Positions 63,944 through 64,000 of a stretch of 64,000 nt of DNA are shown here, piece after piece. Made by a program: the position numbers and the translations under genes. Position 1 is the stretch's first letter, and every line of letters starts with the position of its first letter. The DNA comes from Anaerolineae bacterium. GTDB lineage: Bacteria > Chloroflexota > Anaerolineae > Aggregatilineales > J027. The notes under the pieces were generated by a model that worked only from the letters and a program-made list of their open reading frames with translations, was not told where the DNA came from and did no database searches. Location: assembly GCA_034437655.1 (NCBI GenBank), contig DAOTTU010000044.1:132093-196092 (forward strand). The letters are read 5' to 3'.

Positions 63944-64000
63944 AGACCACATATCACACAGAACGCCCCACGAGAAGATGTTTTAGCATTATTGCCAAAA

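Noticed and set aside
1-64000. I looked for mobile elements, integrases, prophage genes, toxin-antitoxin pairs, reverse transcriptases (DGR or retron) and restriction-modification genes.
   Set aside because: No ORF carries transposase (DDE), recombinase, RT (YxDD) or methyltransferase motifs that I could see. tRNA-Sec and tRNA-Pro are not flanked by direct repeats or integrases. There is no evidence for an island.

Overview
This 64-kb window looks like a chromosomal segment and is about 90% coding. No transposase, integrase, CRISPR array or prophage gene is visible. From protein content (PdxST, type-2-length IleRS, tRNA genes without encoded CCA, many TM-anchored repeat proteins) I infer a Chloroflexota-like bacterium; this was not verified.

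Most genes are housekeeping: aspS, ileS, pdxS/pdxT, trmD, ftsK, lspA, a serA-like/aminotransferase/PGI operon, kbl, gmk, two glycoside hydrolases, a TetR-DrrAB-like efflux module, and tRNA-Pro.

Four items stand out.
1. A complete canonical T-box riboswitch (36853-37124, +), with a probable Ile (AUC) specifier, sits in front of a GNAT acetyltransferase rather than an aaRS. The GNAT heads five translationally coupled genes (GNAT, two TM+TPR proteins, two TM-anchored paralogs) that precede ileS.
2. A 13.7-kb gene (22649-36316, -) encodes a 4555-aa N-terminally anchored surface protein. It contains TSP3-like Ca-binding repeats, a 36-bp tandem-repeat TEEPTE spacer, PKD domains, about 19 Cys-bracketed modules of about 90 aa that I cannot assign to a named family, and a C-terminal PD40 propeller.
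3. A stand-alone tRNA-Sec (selC, 10344-10439, -).
4. An ftsK split into separately translated membrane and motor ORFs.

Smaller oddities are a gmk fusion, a tandemly duplicated orphan BMP-family binding protein, divergent genes sharing a CATG start, a repeated TetR operator motif, and two pairs of TM-anchored paralogs.

All functional calls rest on motif and family recognition by eye. No searches were run.
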